64,000 nt of DNA from Clostridiales bacterium DTU069 (lineage in GTDB: Bacteria; Bacillota; Clostridia; DSM-8532). This document shows, one piece after another, positions 29,118 to 38,153 of the stretch. Every line of letters begins with the position of its first letter. Position 1 is the stretch's first letter. The stretch covers positions 38,774 through 102,773 of the forward strand of contig LFRV01000074.1 of assembly GCA_001512485.1 (NCBI GenBank), written 5' to 3'. The notes below the pieces were generated by a model that saw only the letters and a list, made by a program, of their open reading frames with translations, did not search any database and had not been told where the DNA came from. The translations under genes and the position numbers were made by a program.

Positions 29118-30176
29118 TTAGAAAAGTTCTTCTATACTTACGCCTTTAGTGATTGTTAAATCAACGTATTCATCGCCTATTTTTATTACCGGTTTTCCAT
29201 ACTGATGTGGGTTAATATAAATAACTTCGGCTATTCTTCCGTCGTTAAGCCTTACCTTATTCCCAATATAATAGTGAGAGATATTGGATAAAAATGTATT
29301 CAAAACAATCGTGTCAAGATACCCAAAGCAATCGTTCTGCATTAATTGAAAAACATGAAAAGGTGTATCTTTCGTTTTATATGATCTGTCTGCCGTCATA
29401 GCGTCAAATGTGTCAGCGACAGCAAGGATTTTGGCAAACAGCGGTATTTGATCTCCCTTAAGGCCCATTGGATATCCGGAACCATCTTCCCTTTCATGGT
29501 GGTATAAGACCGCTTCCTGGATTCTTCTGTCAATTCCTTCCATATACTGTATCAGGTAATAACCATATTCCGAGTGTTTTTTCATTTCAGTGGCCTCTTC
29601 ATCGTTGAGTTTGCCCGGTTTATTTATTATTTCGTCAGGAACACGGCTTTTCCCTATATCGTGCAAAAGGCCCGCCTGTACCAGCAAATGGGTATCCTCC
29701 GGCCTCAATCTTAACCATTTTCCTATAAGCATTGCGAGCATCGATACATTAATGGAATGGTAATATGTATATTCATCGACTTTTCTTATCTGTGTAATGC
29801 ATTCAATTATTTGGCGTCTTTGATCCTTTTTAGCGTAAATGGAATCCGCTATTTGAACTGTTTTTTCAATGCTTACGGTTTTACCGACAGATAAATCATG
29901 TATAATTTCCTTAAACTGTTCAGTATCACTTTCATAGGATTCAGTGAAGATTTCTTCTTCACTGCGGGATTGCGGTCCTTCAGACTCCGCACCCATCGTA
30001 CCATATTCATAGACCCAAATTTTATCAACTCCGAATATTTTCAGCCTGTTTATTGTTAATGCGTCAAGCACAGTATTTTCCCAAACGATAATTGCGCCGT
30101 AATCGCTATATATCGTTTCGGCAGTAACCATACGGGGTTTACAGGCGTCTATGTCTATTTTTATTTTTCTGCTCAA
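29118..30176 (-). CDS. HD-GYP domain protein (probable c-di-GMP phosphodiesterase) with an unassigned N-terminal domain
   Basis: HDIGK and HHEREDGSGYP motifs are present. The ORF is open to 30212 with a TTG; a start at the TTG at 30176, preceded by GGAGGG, is more plausible. The start is uncertain. Confidence 0.8.
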   Translation of the reverse strand: MSRKIKIDIDACKPRMVTAETIYSDYGAIIVWENTVLDALTINRLKIFGVDKIWVYEYGTMGAESEGPQSRSEEEIFTESYESDTEQFKEIIHDLSVGKTVSIEKTVQIADSIYAKKDQRRQIIECITQIRKVDEYTYYHSINVSMLAMLIGKWLRLRPEDTHLLVQAGLLHDIGKSRVPDEIINKPGKLNDEEATEMKKHSEYGYYLIQYMEGIDRRIQEAVLYHHEREDGSGYPMGLKGDQIPLFAKILAVADTFDAMTADRSYKTKDTPFHVFQLMQNDCFGYLDTIVLNTFLSNISHYYIGNKVRLNDGRIAEVIYINPHQYGKPVIKIGDEYVDLTITKGVSIEELF

Positions 30177-30530
30177 CCTCCGTCCCTCCGTTATTCCGGG
30201 CGTAATGCACAAATGCCCGCAAAATCGCTCTTTTATTTATTCAAACACCTGTAGAAATTCCTATAGAAGCATATAATTTTTCGTCTCGTCATATTTATCG
30301 GCTAAAACCATACAATTCAAATAGTCTAAATTTTCTGCGTTTCGAATTACTTCTTCAACTGATCTTTATTAATGCGTCAAAAGTCTTAATGATTTTGAGA
30401 CGAAGACAATTCGCTTTCTTTAACAGTTTCTCTAAAATCGATAAACCATGAATACAATATAATTTATATTAAAGAAAAATTCAATAAGTTTTGTGAAAAT
30501 TGCACAAAAAAGATCTGCTGGCGTTGCATT

Positions 30531-32516
30531 TTATGGCTGAATTCCCCCGTTTAGCCATTCAATAAACGCTGCTTCATCTATTATTTTTATTCCAAGTTCT
30601 TTTGCTTTTCTGTTTTTCGCGGAGTTTGAAAGAATATCGTTATTTATCAGGTAATCGGTATTCGATGTTACTGAATCGGTAACTTTTCCGCCTTTCCCTT
30701 CTATTGCTCTTTTCAGTTCGCCCCTGTTTTTATAATTATATACCTGCCCCGTTATAACGAAAGTAATGTCTTTAAAAATCTGATCCTCGCCTGAAACCTC
30801 AGCCTTCTCTAACTCCAGTTCCTGAAGCAGGTTGTTAATTAGCCTCCTGTTTCTTTCACTCGAAAAGAACTTCACGTATTCACCGGCCATAACTTCTCCG
30901 ATCCCTTTTATTGAAATCAGTTCTTCAAAGGCGGCGTTCTCAATACGGTTCCAATCGTATGAAAAATGGCTGCATATCAGTTTTGCGTTCGAAAGGCCGA
31001 TATTCGGTATTCCAAGGCCGTAAAGAAGCCTTACGGCATTTGTCTTTCTTGATTTGTTTATTGAGTTAACAAGATTGCGGAAAGATTTTTCGCCAAACCC
31101 TTCCATATCAACAATCTCATCCCTGTACTTTTCAATACGGTATATATCCGCGTATTCCTTAATAAATCCCTTTGCGATGAATTTCTCTATTGTCGCCTCG
31201 GACAACCCGTCTATTCCCATCGCGTCCCGCGAAACAAAATGGGTAAATGACTTTATTTGTTTTGCAAGACAATCTTTGTTCATGCAATATAAAAATTTGA
31301 TTCCATTTTCCTGCCTGACGCTTGTTCCTTCACCGCAAACAGGACAATTAGAAGGTATTTTTACCGTGCCGCTTCTTGTAAAATTCTCCGAAACCTGCGG
31401 TATTATCATATTTGCCTTATAAACGCCTATCATGTCCCCAATGCCCAATTCAAGGCTTTCCATAATGCTTATGTTGTGCAGGCTCGCTCTTTTAACCGTT
31501 GTCCCCTCGAGCTCAACAGGTTCAAATATGGCGATAGGGTTTATAAGGCCTGTTCTTGAAGCGCTCCATTCTATTTCCAAAAGCCTGGTTTCCTTTGTTT
31601 CATCCATCCATTTGAAAGCAATTGCGTCCCTCGGAAACTTTGCCGTAGTTCCAAGTGATTCGCCATAAGCGATATCATCATAAACAAGGACAAGCCCGTC
31701 CGCAGGAAAATCATTTTCCGGAATTTTCCTCTCAAACCATTCTACAGTCTGTTCAATATTGCCGAAATCGACTTTCCTGTGCTCTACGACATCAAAACCC
31801 TGGCTCTTTATCCATTTCAACTGGTTGAACCTTGAATTGCCGAACTCCGCATTTTCAGCCCGGACCACCGAAAACGCAAAATAATAGACATTCCTGCTTG
31901 CCGTAATCTCATTGTTTAGCTGACGCACCGAACCGCTGCACAAGTTTCTCGGGTTTTTATATTTCAGCTCTTCAACAGCAATCTCACGGTTTATTTTTTC
32001 AAAATCTGAATAACTGATAACCGCTTCTCCCCTGAGAATAAGATTTCCTTTAAACGGTATGCGCAGCGGGACGTTTTTAAAAACCCTGACATTATTTGTT
32101 ACAACTTCCCCGACTTCTCCGTTTCCACGCGTAACAGCCTTGATCAATTCGCCGTTCTCATATGTAAGCACTATTGTAAGGCCATCGAGTTTCCACGACA
32201 AAACTCCAGTTTGACTGCCGAGCCACTGTTTCAGAGCGTTGATATCTTTAGTTTTGTCAAGCGACAGTATCGGCCTTTGATGGTATTCTTTCGGAAGGTT
32301 TGAAATAAGCTCATATCCGACTTTAACGGTGGGACTGTCAGACAGCGTTATGCCGGTTTCCTTTTCCAATTCGACAAGTTCATCATATAACATGTCGTAT
32401 TCCCTGTTCGACATAATTTCCGTATCCTGCTGGTAATACGCTTTAGATGCTTCATTTAACAACTTTACGAGCTCTTTTATCCGATCAAGTTTACTATCCA
32501 TATTATTCCACTCCAA
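30531..32516 (-). CDS. ligA: NAD-dependent DNA ligase
   Basis: 661-aa ORF with the adenylation motif KLDGL, a Zn finger (CPVCG...C..C), HhH repeats and a C-terminal BRCT domain. Confidence 0.95.
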   Translation of the reverse strand: MEWNNMDSKLDRIKELVKLLNEASKAYYQQDTEIMSNREYDMLYDELVELEKETGITLSDSPTVKVGYELISNLPKEYHQRPILSLDKTKDINALKQWLGSQTGVLSWKLDGLTIVLTYENGELIKAVTRGNGEVGEVVTNNVRVFKNVPLRIPFKGNLILRGEAVISYSDFEKINREIAVEELKYKNPRNLCSGSVRQLNNEITASRNVYYFAFSVVRAENAEFGNSRFNQLKWIKSQGFDVVEHRKVDFGNIEQTVEWFERKIPENDFPADGLVLVYDDIAYGESLGTTAKFPRDAIAFKWMDETKETRLLEIEWSASRTGLINPIAIFEPVELEGTTVKRASLHNISIMESLELGIGDMIGVYKANMIIPQVSENFTRSGTVKIPSNCPVCGEGTSVRQENGIKFLYCMNKDCLAKQIKSFTHFVSRDAMGIDGLSEATIEKFIAKGFIKEYADIYRIEKYRDEIVDMEGFGEKSFRNLVNSINKSRKTNAVRLLYGLGIPNIGLSNAKLICSHFSYDWNRIENAAFEELISIKGIGEVMAGEYVKFFSSERNRRLINNLLQELELEKAEVSGEDQIFKDITFVITGQVYNYKNRGELKRAIEGKGGKVTDSVTSNTDYLINNDILSNSAKNRKAKELGIKIIDEAAFIEWLNGGIQP

Positions 32517-32577
32517 AGCATAAACCGGTTCCGCTTTCCCTCGGCTATAATTGCCGGCGAGAGGTTTTCAAGCTTAA

Positions 32578-33510
32578 TTAATTCTCAATGTCGACAAGGA
32601 TTTTATATATCCCGTGTTCTTTATATGCTCCCAAACATTCAAGAATACGTATTGTTCCGTTAAGTATCCCGTCGGCTATATCCTCTCTGAATTCATCCGA
32701 TTCGAGCCGCTTGTGATCTTCCTCGTTTGTTATATAGGCTGTTTCAACAAGCAGCGCAGGCATATCGGACAGCCTTAAAACACCTAAATCATCTTTTATG
32801 ACGCCATTGTATTTCGTATCGGTTACCTTGTCTATTTCTTCCCCCATCATCTGGGCAAACTGTTTGCTCGTATATTCGCCGTGAGTTTTCCCATAATGAT
32901 AAATCTCGGTCCCGTTATATGCCTGCCAGTTCTTTCCTTCAAATCCGTTTACATGGATGCTCACAAAAAAGGTCGCTTTTATTTCATTCGCAATCCTCGG
33001 CCGTGTCCATACATCTTCCTTCCAGAAACTATGGAGCGCCTCATCCTCATCCCGTGTCATCACAACCTTAATCCCCGCGTCTTCAAGCTTTTTCTTAAGC
33101 CTGAAACCGATATCAAGCACAATGTCCTTTTCATAAAAACCGTCAACATACGGTGAAGTAGTTCCGGGGTCATAACCTCCATGTCCCGGATCGACTACTA
33201 CAACTACGTCTTTAATTTCCTTACCGGGGGGAGGCGGTGTCGGTGTTGGCGAAGGAGTCGGGGTTGGAGTTGGGGTGGCTGTCGGCCGCGGTGTGGGTGT
33301 GGGCGTCGGTGATGGAGCAATCGCGGACATCAGTGCCCTGACGGGATAAAAATCTCCGCCGAGAACAAGGTATAAAGTAATTGAACATAATACTAACAGT
33401 ATAATAAATGCCGCCAATTTGGCCGGAAAAGGCAACCGGTGCCATCTTCGCCGCTGCCTCGAATGGTAGGAATTACCGCTCTCTATAGCTGCAAGCTTGA
33501 TTTTTTTCAT
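32578..33510 (-). CDS. N-acetylmuramoyl-L-alanine amidase (Amidase_3; CwlD-like, TM-anchored) with a Pro/Thr linker
   Basis: 310-aa ORF with a TM helix, a PT-rich linker and an Amidase_3 core (VVVVDPGHGGYDPG, SIHVN, ETAYITN). Confidence 0.8.
   Translation of the reverse strand: MKKIKLAAIESGNSYHSRQRRRWHRLPFPAKLAAFIILLVLCSITLYLVLGGDFYPVRALMSAIAPSPTPTPTPRPTATPTPTPTPSPTPTPPPPGKEIKDVVVVVDPGHGGYDPGTTSPYVDGFYEKDIVLDIGFRLKKKLEDAGIKVVMTRDEDEALHSFWKEDVWTRPRIANEIKATFFVSIHVNGFEGKNWQAYNGTEIYHYGKTHGEYTSKQFAQMMGEEIDKVTDTKYNGVIKDDLGVLRLSDMPALLVETAYITNEEDHKRLESDEFREDIADGILNGTIRILECLGAYKEHGIYKILVDIEN
33226..33315 (-). repeat. Low-complexity (Pro-Thr)n linker-coding repeat inside the amidase gene
   Basis: Encodes PSPTPTPTPRPTATPTPTPTPSPTPTPPPP. 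The DNA is a degenerate GGTGTN/GGNGTC periodic tract. Confidence 0.9.
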
Positions 33511-33732
33511 GAAGTTCCCTCAAATCGAACAAAATTAGTATGCTACGGCTAATAATTCTTTATAATGGAAAAAATCACTTCGTGATTTCAATGTTCAAAC
33601 TATTAGTTTACACAATCATACTTAATAAATAATACAATAATTTTAAATTCACTTCAACAGTATATTCACAAGCCCCGGGTACAGGCTTTTTCAGCCCGTC
33701 TTAACCGGAGTGAGGGATTAATCGTGAAAGAA

Positions 33733-34755
33733 TTACTGCAAATACCTGTCTATATCATCAAAACCAATATTTTTGTGAAGGGCCATGTTGATCCCGTTTG
33801 CGACAACTTTCGCAACCCGTTCGATCACCTCGTCCATTTCCTTCGGGGTAACAACAAGATTACCTCCGTAAGGTTCCAATACCTCCCTGATCAGAGTATA
33901 CTTATCATTTTGATCCATCTGCTTTAGCATTTTGTAAAAATCCGTACCCTCCTGCGAATGAGACAAAAGATTATCAATAACAAGCTCTATCGTGTCGTTA
34001 GCCATAGTTGCCGCATCCACTACGGTCGGGATGCCGATTGCAATCACCGGAACACCCATTGTTTTTACAGACAGTTCCGCGCGTTTGTTTCCAACGCCCG
34101 AACCGGGAGAAATCCCTGTATCAGCAATCTGTATCGTAGTATTAATACGGTTCATTTTTCTCGATGCCAAAGCGTCTATCGCAATAACAAGAGCCGGGCG
34201 CACCCTGTCAATTACCCCTCTTACGATATCACTTGTTTCTATTCCGGTCAAACCGAGAACTCCCGGTGCTATTGCGCAAACCGGCCTTACCCCGTCATTT
34301 ACCTGTTCGGGCAGATATTCATGCAAATGCCGCGTAACCATGAGATATTTCGAAACCTTAGGACCAAGCGCATCAGGGGTTATGTTCCAGTTTCCCAGTC
34401 CCACGACAAGTACGGTGTCATTGTCCTTTATATTGATCAGGCGATTCAGTTCGTACGCCACCGCCCTGCATGTGTTTTCATACAGATCGCGGTCGTTCTC
34501 TTTCAGCTTCGGAACATCGAGCGTAATATAGTTCCCCATAGGCTTTCCTATGTTTTTTTCACCTTCGGCGGAAGTAATTCTGACTCTTGTGACATGGATG
34601 TTTTCATTCCCATCTTCTTCAACTTCAACTCCTTCGCCGTAAGGATGCGGTACCGGTTTCCCGGCGCGCTTTATATCGGCCTGATTCTTCTCATGGACTT
34701 CCAACGCGAGGTCTGTTCGTACTGGTGTAAAATTTTCCATTGATTTCTCCTCCAA
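33733..34755 (-). CDS. gpr: Germination protease GPR (SASP-degrading spore protease)
   Basis: 340-aa ORF with VRTDLALEVHE at the N terminus and GPR-family sequence throughout (VVGLGNWNITPDALGP, ADTGISPGSGVGN). Confidence 0.92.
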   Translation of the reverse strand: MEEKSMENFTPVRTDLALEVHEKNQADIKRAGKPVPHPYGEGVEVEEDGNENIHVTRVRITSAEGEKNIGKPMGNYITLDVPKLKENDRDLYENTCRAVAYELNRLINIKDNDTVLVVGLGNWNITPDALGPKVSKYLMVTRHLHEYLPEQVNDGVRPVCAIAPGVLGLTGIETSDIVRGVIDRVRPALVIAIDALASRKMNRINTTIQIADTGISPGSGVGNKRAELSVKTMGVPVIAIGIPTVVDAATMANDTIELVIDNLLSHSQEGTDFYKMLKQMDQNDKYTLIREVLEPYGGNLVVTPKEMDEVIERVAKVVANGINMALHKNIGFDDIDRYLQ

Positions 34756-34772
34756 AATGTGCTGTATAAAAT

Positions 34773-34802
34773 TATTATGCTTATTGCGCTGCGGATTTAT
34801 AT
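34773..34802 (-). promoter_or_regulatory. Candidate forespore (sigma-F/G type) promoter of gpr
   Basis: The minus strand reads ATATA-18 nt-CATAATA about 20 nt upstream of the gpr start region. Motif match only. Confidence 0.35.
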
Positions 34803-34954
34803 ATTTTTCAGCCTTATTTGTTTTCGCTTATATTCTTTTAGTATTATTCACAATACAGGATAAAATATTATTGATATGTATTTTATGATCAGGTTGCGGG
34901 AAATCAGGGGTACTTATGATAATCACAAGAATAATCATATTATGCAAAAAATCC

Positions 34955-34983
34955 TTGCCAAATGAAACTGATCATGCTATTAT
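34955..34983 (+). promoter_or_regulatory. Candidate sigma-A promoter of rpsT (TTGCCA-17-TATTAT)
   Basis: Hexamers with 17-nt spacing lie 35 nt upstream of the GTG start, which has a GGGGAGGTGA RBS. Confidence 0.5.
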
Positions 34984-35017
34984 TATTTTTGTTGACTAAC
35001 TTTGGGGAGGTGAAAAT

Positions 35018-35293
35018 GTGCCAAATATCAAGTCTTCAATAAAAAGAGTGCGTAAAGCAAGAGCAAAGACGGAGCAGAATAAAGCCCGCCGTTCAGAGCT
35101 TAAAACCGTTATTCGCAATTATAATAAAGCTCTGGTTTCCAATTCTGAAAACAAAGAGGAATTGTTAAAGCAGGCGATTAAGAAGCTTGATAAAGCCGCT
35201 TCAAAGAAGCTTATTCATAAAAACAAAGCCTCCAGAAAGAAGTCACAGCTTATGAAAGCGTATAATGCCGCAGCTGCTCAGGCTTCAGAATAA
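35018..35293 (+). CDS. rpsT: 30S ribosomal protein S20
   Basis: 91-aa basic ORF starting with GTG, PNIKSSIKRVRKARAKTEQNKARRSELKT. Confidence 0.95.
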   Translation: MPNIKSSIKRVRKARAKTEQNKARRSELKTVIRNYNKALVSNSENKEELLKQAIKKLDKAASKKLIHKNKASRKKSQLMKAYNAAAAQASE

Positions 35294-35295
35294 TA

Positions 35296-35328
35296 AAAGG
35301 TACGCGCTGAAGTGCGTGCCTTTTTTAT
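35296..35328 (+). terminator. Rho-independent terminator of rpsT
   Basis: AAGGTACGC..GCGTGCCTT stem with one mismatch, followed by TTTTTT. Confidence 0.65.
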
Positions 35329-35349
35329 TGATCAAAACCAACAGAATAA

Positions 35350-35381
35350 CAAAACGTACTTGCAGTAAGTACGTTTTTTAT
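35350..35381. terminator. Bidirectional terminator between the convergent rpsT and the 35406-36272 gene
   Basis: AAAACGTACTT gcag TAAGTACGTTTT: a perfect palindromic stem flanked by an A-run and a T-run. Confidence 0.65.
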
Positions 35382-35405
35382 TACGCTTTCATTCCAATAA
35401 AGTTT

Positions 35406-36272
35406 TTACCATGACAGAAATTCCCTAACTGCATTGAGAATATCGGAATTGTTCCAGATAAAAAAGTTCCTGTCCGGGAAAAAATATATATAAGCGAAAA
35501 AAGCCGCGATTAACAAGAGAGTGATAACAATGATCGCCAGTGCAGGCTTTCTTTTCTTTTTCGCCGGTACATATCCCTGCAATATGTCGGAATATTTGTT
35601 GAATATATTGAAATTTCCCTTACGTCCGTATTTTTTTGTAAGTGCCGCGATTGTTTCCGAAAAATCCGACACAAGATCGGTAATCCCATCGAAAGATTTT
35701 CTTTCGCATTTTTCTACAAACCGTTTTGCCCGTTTATCCTGCCTGCATACCGAAGGCAGGCATTCGAAAAAAAATCTGCCAAAATACGGCATCAGTTCCC
35801 GAATATCGTACGGATACTCCCCTTTGAACTGAACAACGTAAATAAACCGCATTTGACCTTTATCAAATATTATTAATGAGGGTCTGAGCAAACAGCTTAA
35901 CATCGCGATCGGAAAATGCTCAAGCTGGCTTACAATAAAAATAACCGATTTTTTTATTAATTCCAAACATTCCGCAATACTCTCGCATGTTTTTATACAT
36001 TCATCAAGTGTTGTCCCGCCAGTATGCCTGAATACCAGGATCAGTGCCTGTCCGCACTCGAAATATTCAACATAATCAGGCATCGTTAACCACGGAAGCA
36101 TTTTTTTAACTTTTGCGGCAACAACATCACCCTCATATACATTCAAAAAGTAATGGTGCGAAATATCATCGCGTTCTCCGGATTTAACCGCTATCCCGGC
36201 TTTATACCCGGGTTCGTCAGCAAATAAATGCAAGATGCAGTACTGGCCATAGACATAAATCTCTTCCGGCAT
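35406..36272 (-). CDS. Hypothetical C-terminally TM-anchored protein, no recognisable family
   Basis: 288 aa counted from the ATG with an AGGAGGAG RBS; the ORF is open to 36365. The ~240-aa N-terminal domain is soluble and Cys-rich, followed by KKKRK and a TM helix (ALAIIVITLLLIAAFFAYIYFF). I recognise no motif. Confidence 0.6.
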   Translation of the reverse strand: MPEEIYVYGQYCILHLFADEPGYKAGIAVKSGERDDISHHYFLNVYEGDVVAAKVKKMLPWLTMPDYVEYFECGQALILVFRHTGGTTLDECIKTCESIAECLELIKKSVIFIVSQLEHFPIAMLSCLLRPSLIIFDKGQMRFIYVVQFKGEYPYDIRELMPYFGRFFFECLPSVCRQDKRAKRFVEKCERKSFDGITDLVSDFSETIAALTKKYGRKGNFNIFNKYSDILQGYVPAKKKRKPALAIIVITLLLIAAFFAYIYFFPDRNFFIWNNSDILNAVREFLSW

Positions 36273-36293
36273 CCTATCACTCCTCCTATGAAC

Positions 36294-36320
36294 ATATCGG
36301 CATGAATAAAGTATTGTTAA
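36294..36320 (-). promoter_or_regulatory. Sigma-D (sigma-28)-like promoter upstream of the hypothetical gene
   Basis: The minus strand reads TTAA-15 nt-GCCGATAT. The -10 is 8/8 to the Bacillus sigma-D consensus GCCGATAT and the -35 is imperfect. It lies 21 nt upstream of the ATG. Confidence 0.4.
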
Positions 36321-36379
36321 AGATGCCGAGGTGTGAATGCCGGAAAACCTTGCCCGCTGCGGCAAATGCCAGTATCCTT

Positions 36380-36961
36380 TTATCTCATGTTTCTGATATA
36401 TATTGAGTTCATTTCAACACTGGCGTGCCGTATAACAATATCAGAGATCTGGGCGGTCTGATCCGGTGAAAGATTATCCGCTTTTACTATTATGTCTACA
36501 CTTCCATTTGTGCCCAGTATTGCGACTACATCGTCAAAACCCCTTTGCCTAATCAGTGATTCAATTGTAGCTTCTATTTCAGAGCGCTTGATAAGGGCAA
36601 GGTATTCTTCATGTGCTTTTGCAACGCTATCTTCCGGAGCATCTTTAAGCGCCGTAATCTCCTGCAGTTCCTCTTTCTGCCGGCTGCGGATCGTTTCCCT
36701 GTCAAGTCTTGCCTGAACGAAAAAATTCTCAGTTTCATTCACAACGGGTATATCATCAGTGCTTATACCCGTATCTTCACCTGTTACTGTCGTGCCGCCA
36801 TTAATATTGTCCACATATACCGCTTCACCGAGACGTTCGTCACCATCTTTACGGGAAGAAAAACCCCTTTTTCCGTAAGTATACTGAAGAACCCCCGCAG
36901 TAATAATAACCAGAACCAGAGCAATAACCAGTATTTGCTTTTTATTAATCATGTTTATCAC
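36380..36961 (-). CDS. spoIIIAH: Stage III sporulation protein AH
   Basis: 193-aa ORF with an N-terminal TM helix and a YscJ/FliF-like C-terminal domain. It is the last gene of the spoIIIA cluster. Confidence 0.7.
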   Translation of the reverse strand: MINMINKKQILVIALVLVIITAGVLQYTYGKRGFSSRKDGDERLGEAVYVDNINGGTTVTGEDTGISTDDIPVVNETENFFVQARLDRETIRSRQKEELQEITALKDAPEDSVAKAHEEYLALIKRSEIEATIESLIRQRGFDDVVAILGTNGSVDIIVKADNLSPDQTAQISDIVIRHASVEMNSIYIRNMR

Positions 36962-36975
36962 CTCATAAATCTGTT

Positions 36976-37584
36976 TTATTTTCTTTTTAATACATTAATC
37001 CTATGTGGAGGAAGCCCGGTTAAAGCTTCAACCGCATCCTTAATATTCTGCCTTACCGTACCGCTACCCGCGCCGTCCGCGACTACGACAACACCTTTGA
37101 TTTCGGGTTCATAGCTTTTTATAATTACCGGCATGCGCTCTCCTGTGCTTGTTTCGATAAAAACCATCTCATGTTCGCGCCTGTATTCATCGGTCCTGGC
37201 CGAATGATCCGTGTTGTCCTTTTCTTCCCTTATACTGTTTTCCTCAACCTGGTTATATGCATGCACCACCTCTCCGTCCGTTATTCCGGTTATCATTACT
37301 TTAACGGTACCGGCGCCTTCTATTTCCGACAGAATAGACTCAAGCCTCTGTTCAAGTTTCTCTATCCTGTCTTCAATTACGCCGGATACTATAGTAACTT
37401 CATTTTTCGTCTGCTGCGTATTTTTTTTATTTTTTCCGCTGCCTGTAAATGAACTTGCTACTATGATAATTATTATTCCAACAATCAGGATTATGACTAA
37501 ATTCTCAATTCTCCGCCTGCCTTTTTTTTCTTTTACGTAATCCGTTAATTTATTAAACCAGCCAAACATTTTAACCACCTTCAA
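36976..37584 (-). CDS. spoIIIAG: Stage III sporulation protein AG
   Basis: 202-aa ORF with a TM helix and the C-terminal PEIKGVVVVADGAGSGTVRQNIKDAVEALTGLPPHRINV typical of SpoIIIAG. Confidence 0.8.
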   Translation of the reverse strand: MKVVKMFGWFNKLTDYVKEKKGRRRIENLVIILIVGIIIIIVASSFTGSGKNKKNTQQTKNEVTIVSGVIEDRIEKLEQRLESILSEIEGAGTVKVMITGITDGEVVHAYNQVEENSIREEKDNTDHSARTDEYRREHEMVFIETSTGERMPVIIKSYEPEIKGVVVVADGAGSGTVRQNIKDAVEALTGLPPHRINVLKRK

Positions 37585-38141
37585 TTCTCCGACATGTTAA
37601 TCAATATATCCTTTTCATCGAGAAGAAAAGTCTTTTGGAGTTCCTTTGAAATTTCCGATGCGATTTTGTCATTGGCGCCGGGAAACATTTTCTTTTCCCT
37701 TTCCCCGGCTTCTGATAATATCAAATTGATATAGATTTTCCGAATTTGCCCATACTTCTCCGAATTTATATTTTCATTCAGCACTATGTCCACCTCCGCT
37801 TTTTCTATTTCCTTATGCATGTTAAGACGGTTATGTATATCCGAAAGAAGTATTTCACGGTACAACTCAAGGGTTTGTCTTGCCTGTTCACTCCGGCCTG
37901 CATCGGTAATTCTGTCCAATCGGCTGCCGGAAAAAAAGTATTCGTCAAGATTTCCAGCAAGACCCTTTCCCCCGTTTCCGATAAGCTTCGCCGCGGGGTT
38001 TATAATAATGAACATAATGACAAAACCGGTAAGAAGCCGAGTAAATTTCCGGATTCTGCTTTCCGGAATCAACAAGTCGAGGATTACCACCAGAACGGCC
38101 GCGGTCGCGATACTCAGAACCCACCTCTTTATTTCCTCCAT
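37581..38141 (-). CDS. spoIIIAF: Stage III sporulation protein AF
   Basis: 186-aa ORF with two N-terminal TM helices (WVLSIATAAVLVVILDLLIP..., LLTGFVIMFIIINP). It overlaps spoIIIAG by 4 nt. Confidence 0.78.
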   Translation of the reverse strand: MEEIKRWVLSIATAAVLVVILDLLIPESRIRKFTRLLTGFVIMFIIINPAAKLIGNGGKGLAGNLDEYFFSGSRLDRITDAGRSEQARQTLELYREILLSDIHNRLNMHKEIEKAEVDIVLNENINSEKYGQIRKIYINLILSEAGEREKKMFPGANDKIASEISKELQKTFLLDEKDILINMSEN

Positions 38142-38153
38142 AATTATCCTCCG

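Noticed and set aside
33535-33567. A sigma-E/K-like promoter (CATTATA...CATACTAA) upstream of the Amidase_3 gene
   Set aside because: The -10 is plausible, but the spacing to any -35-like element is 16-18 nt rather than about 14. This is too weak to call.
33958-34743. Two long plus-strand ORFs (261 aa and 179 aa) antisense to gpr
   Set aside because: This is the same shadow-ORF phenomenon, and the 261-aa ORF is in the same codon register as gpr. The minus-strand GPR sequence is unmistakable.
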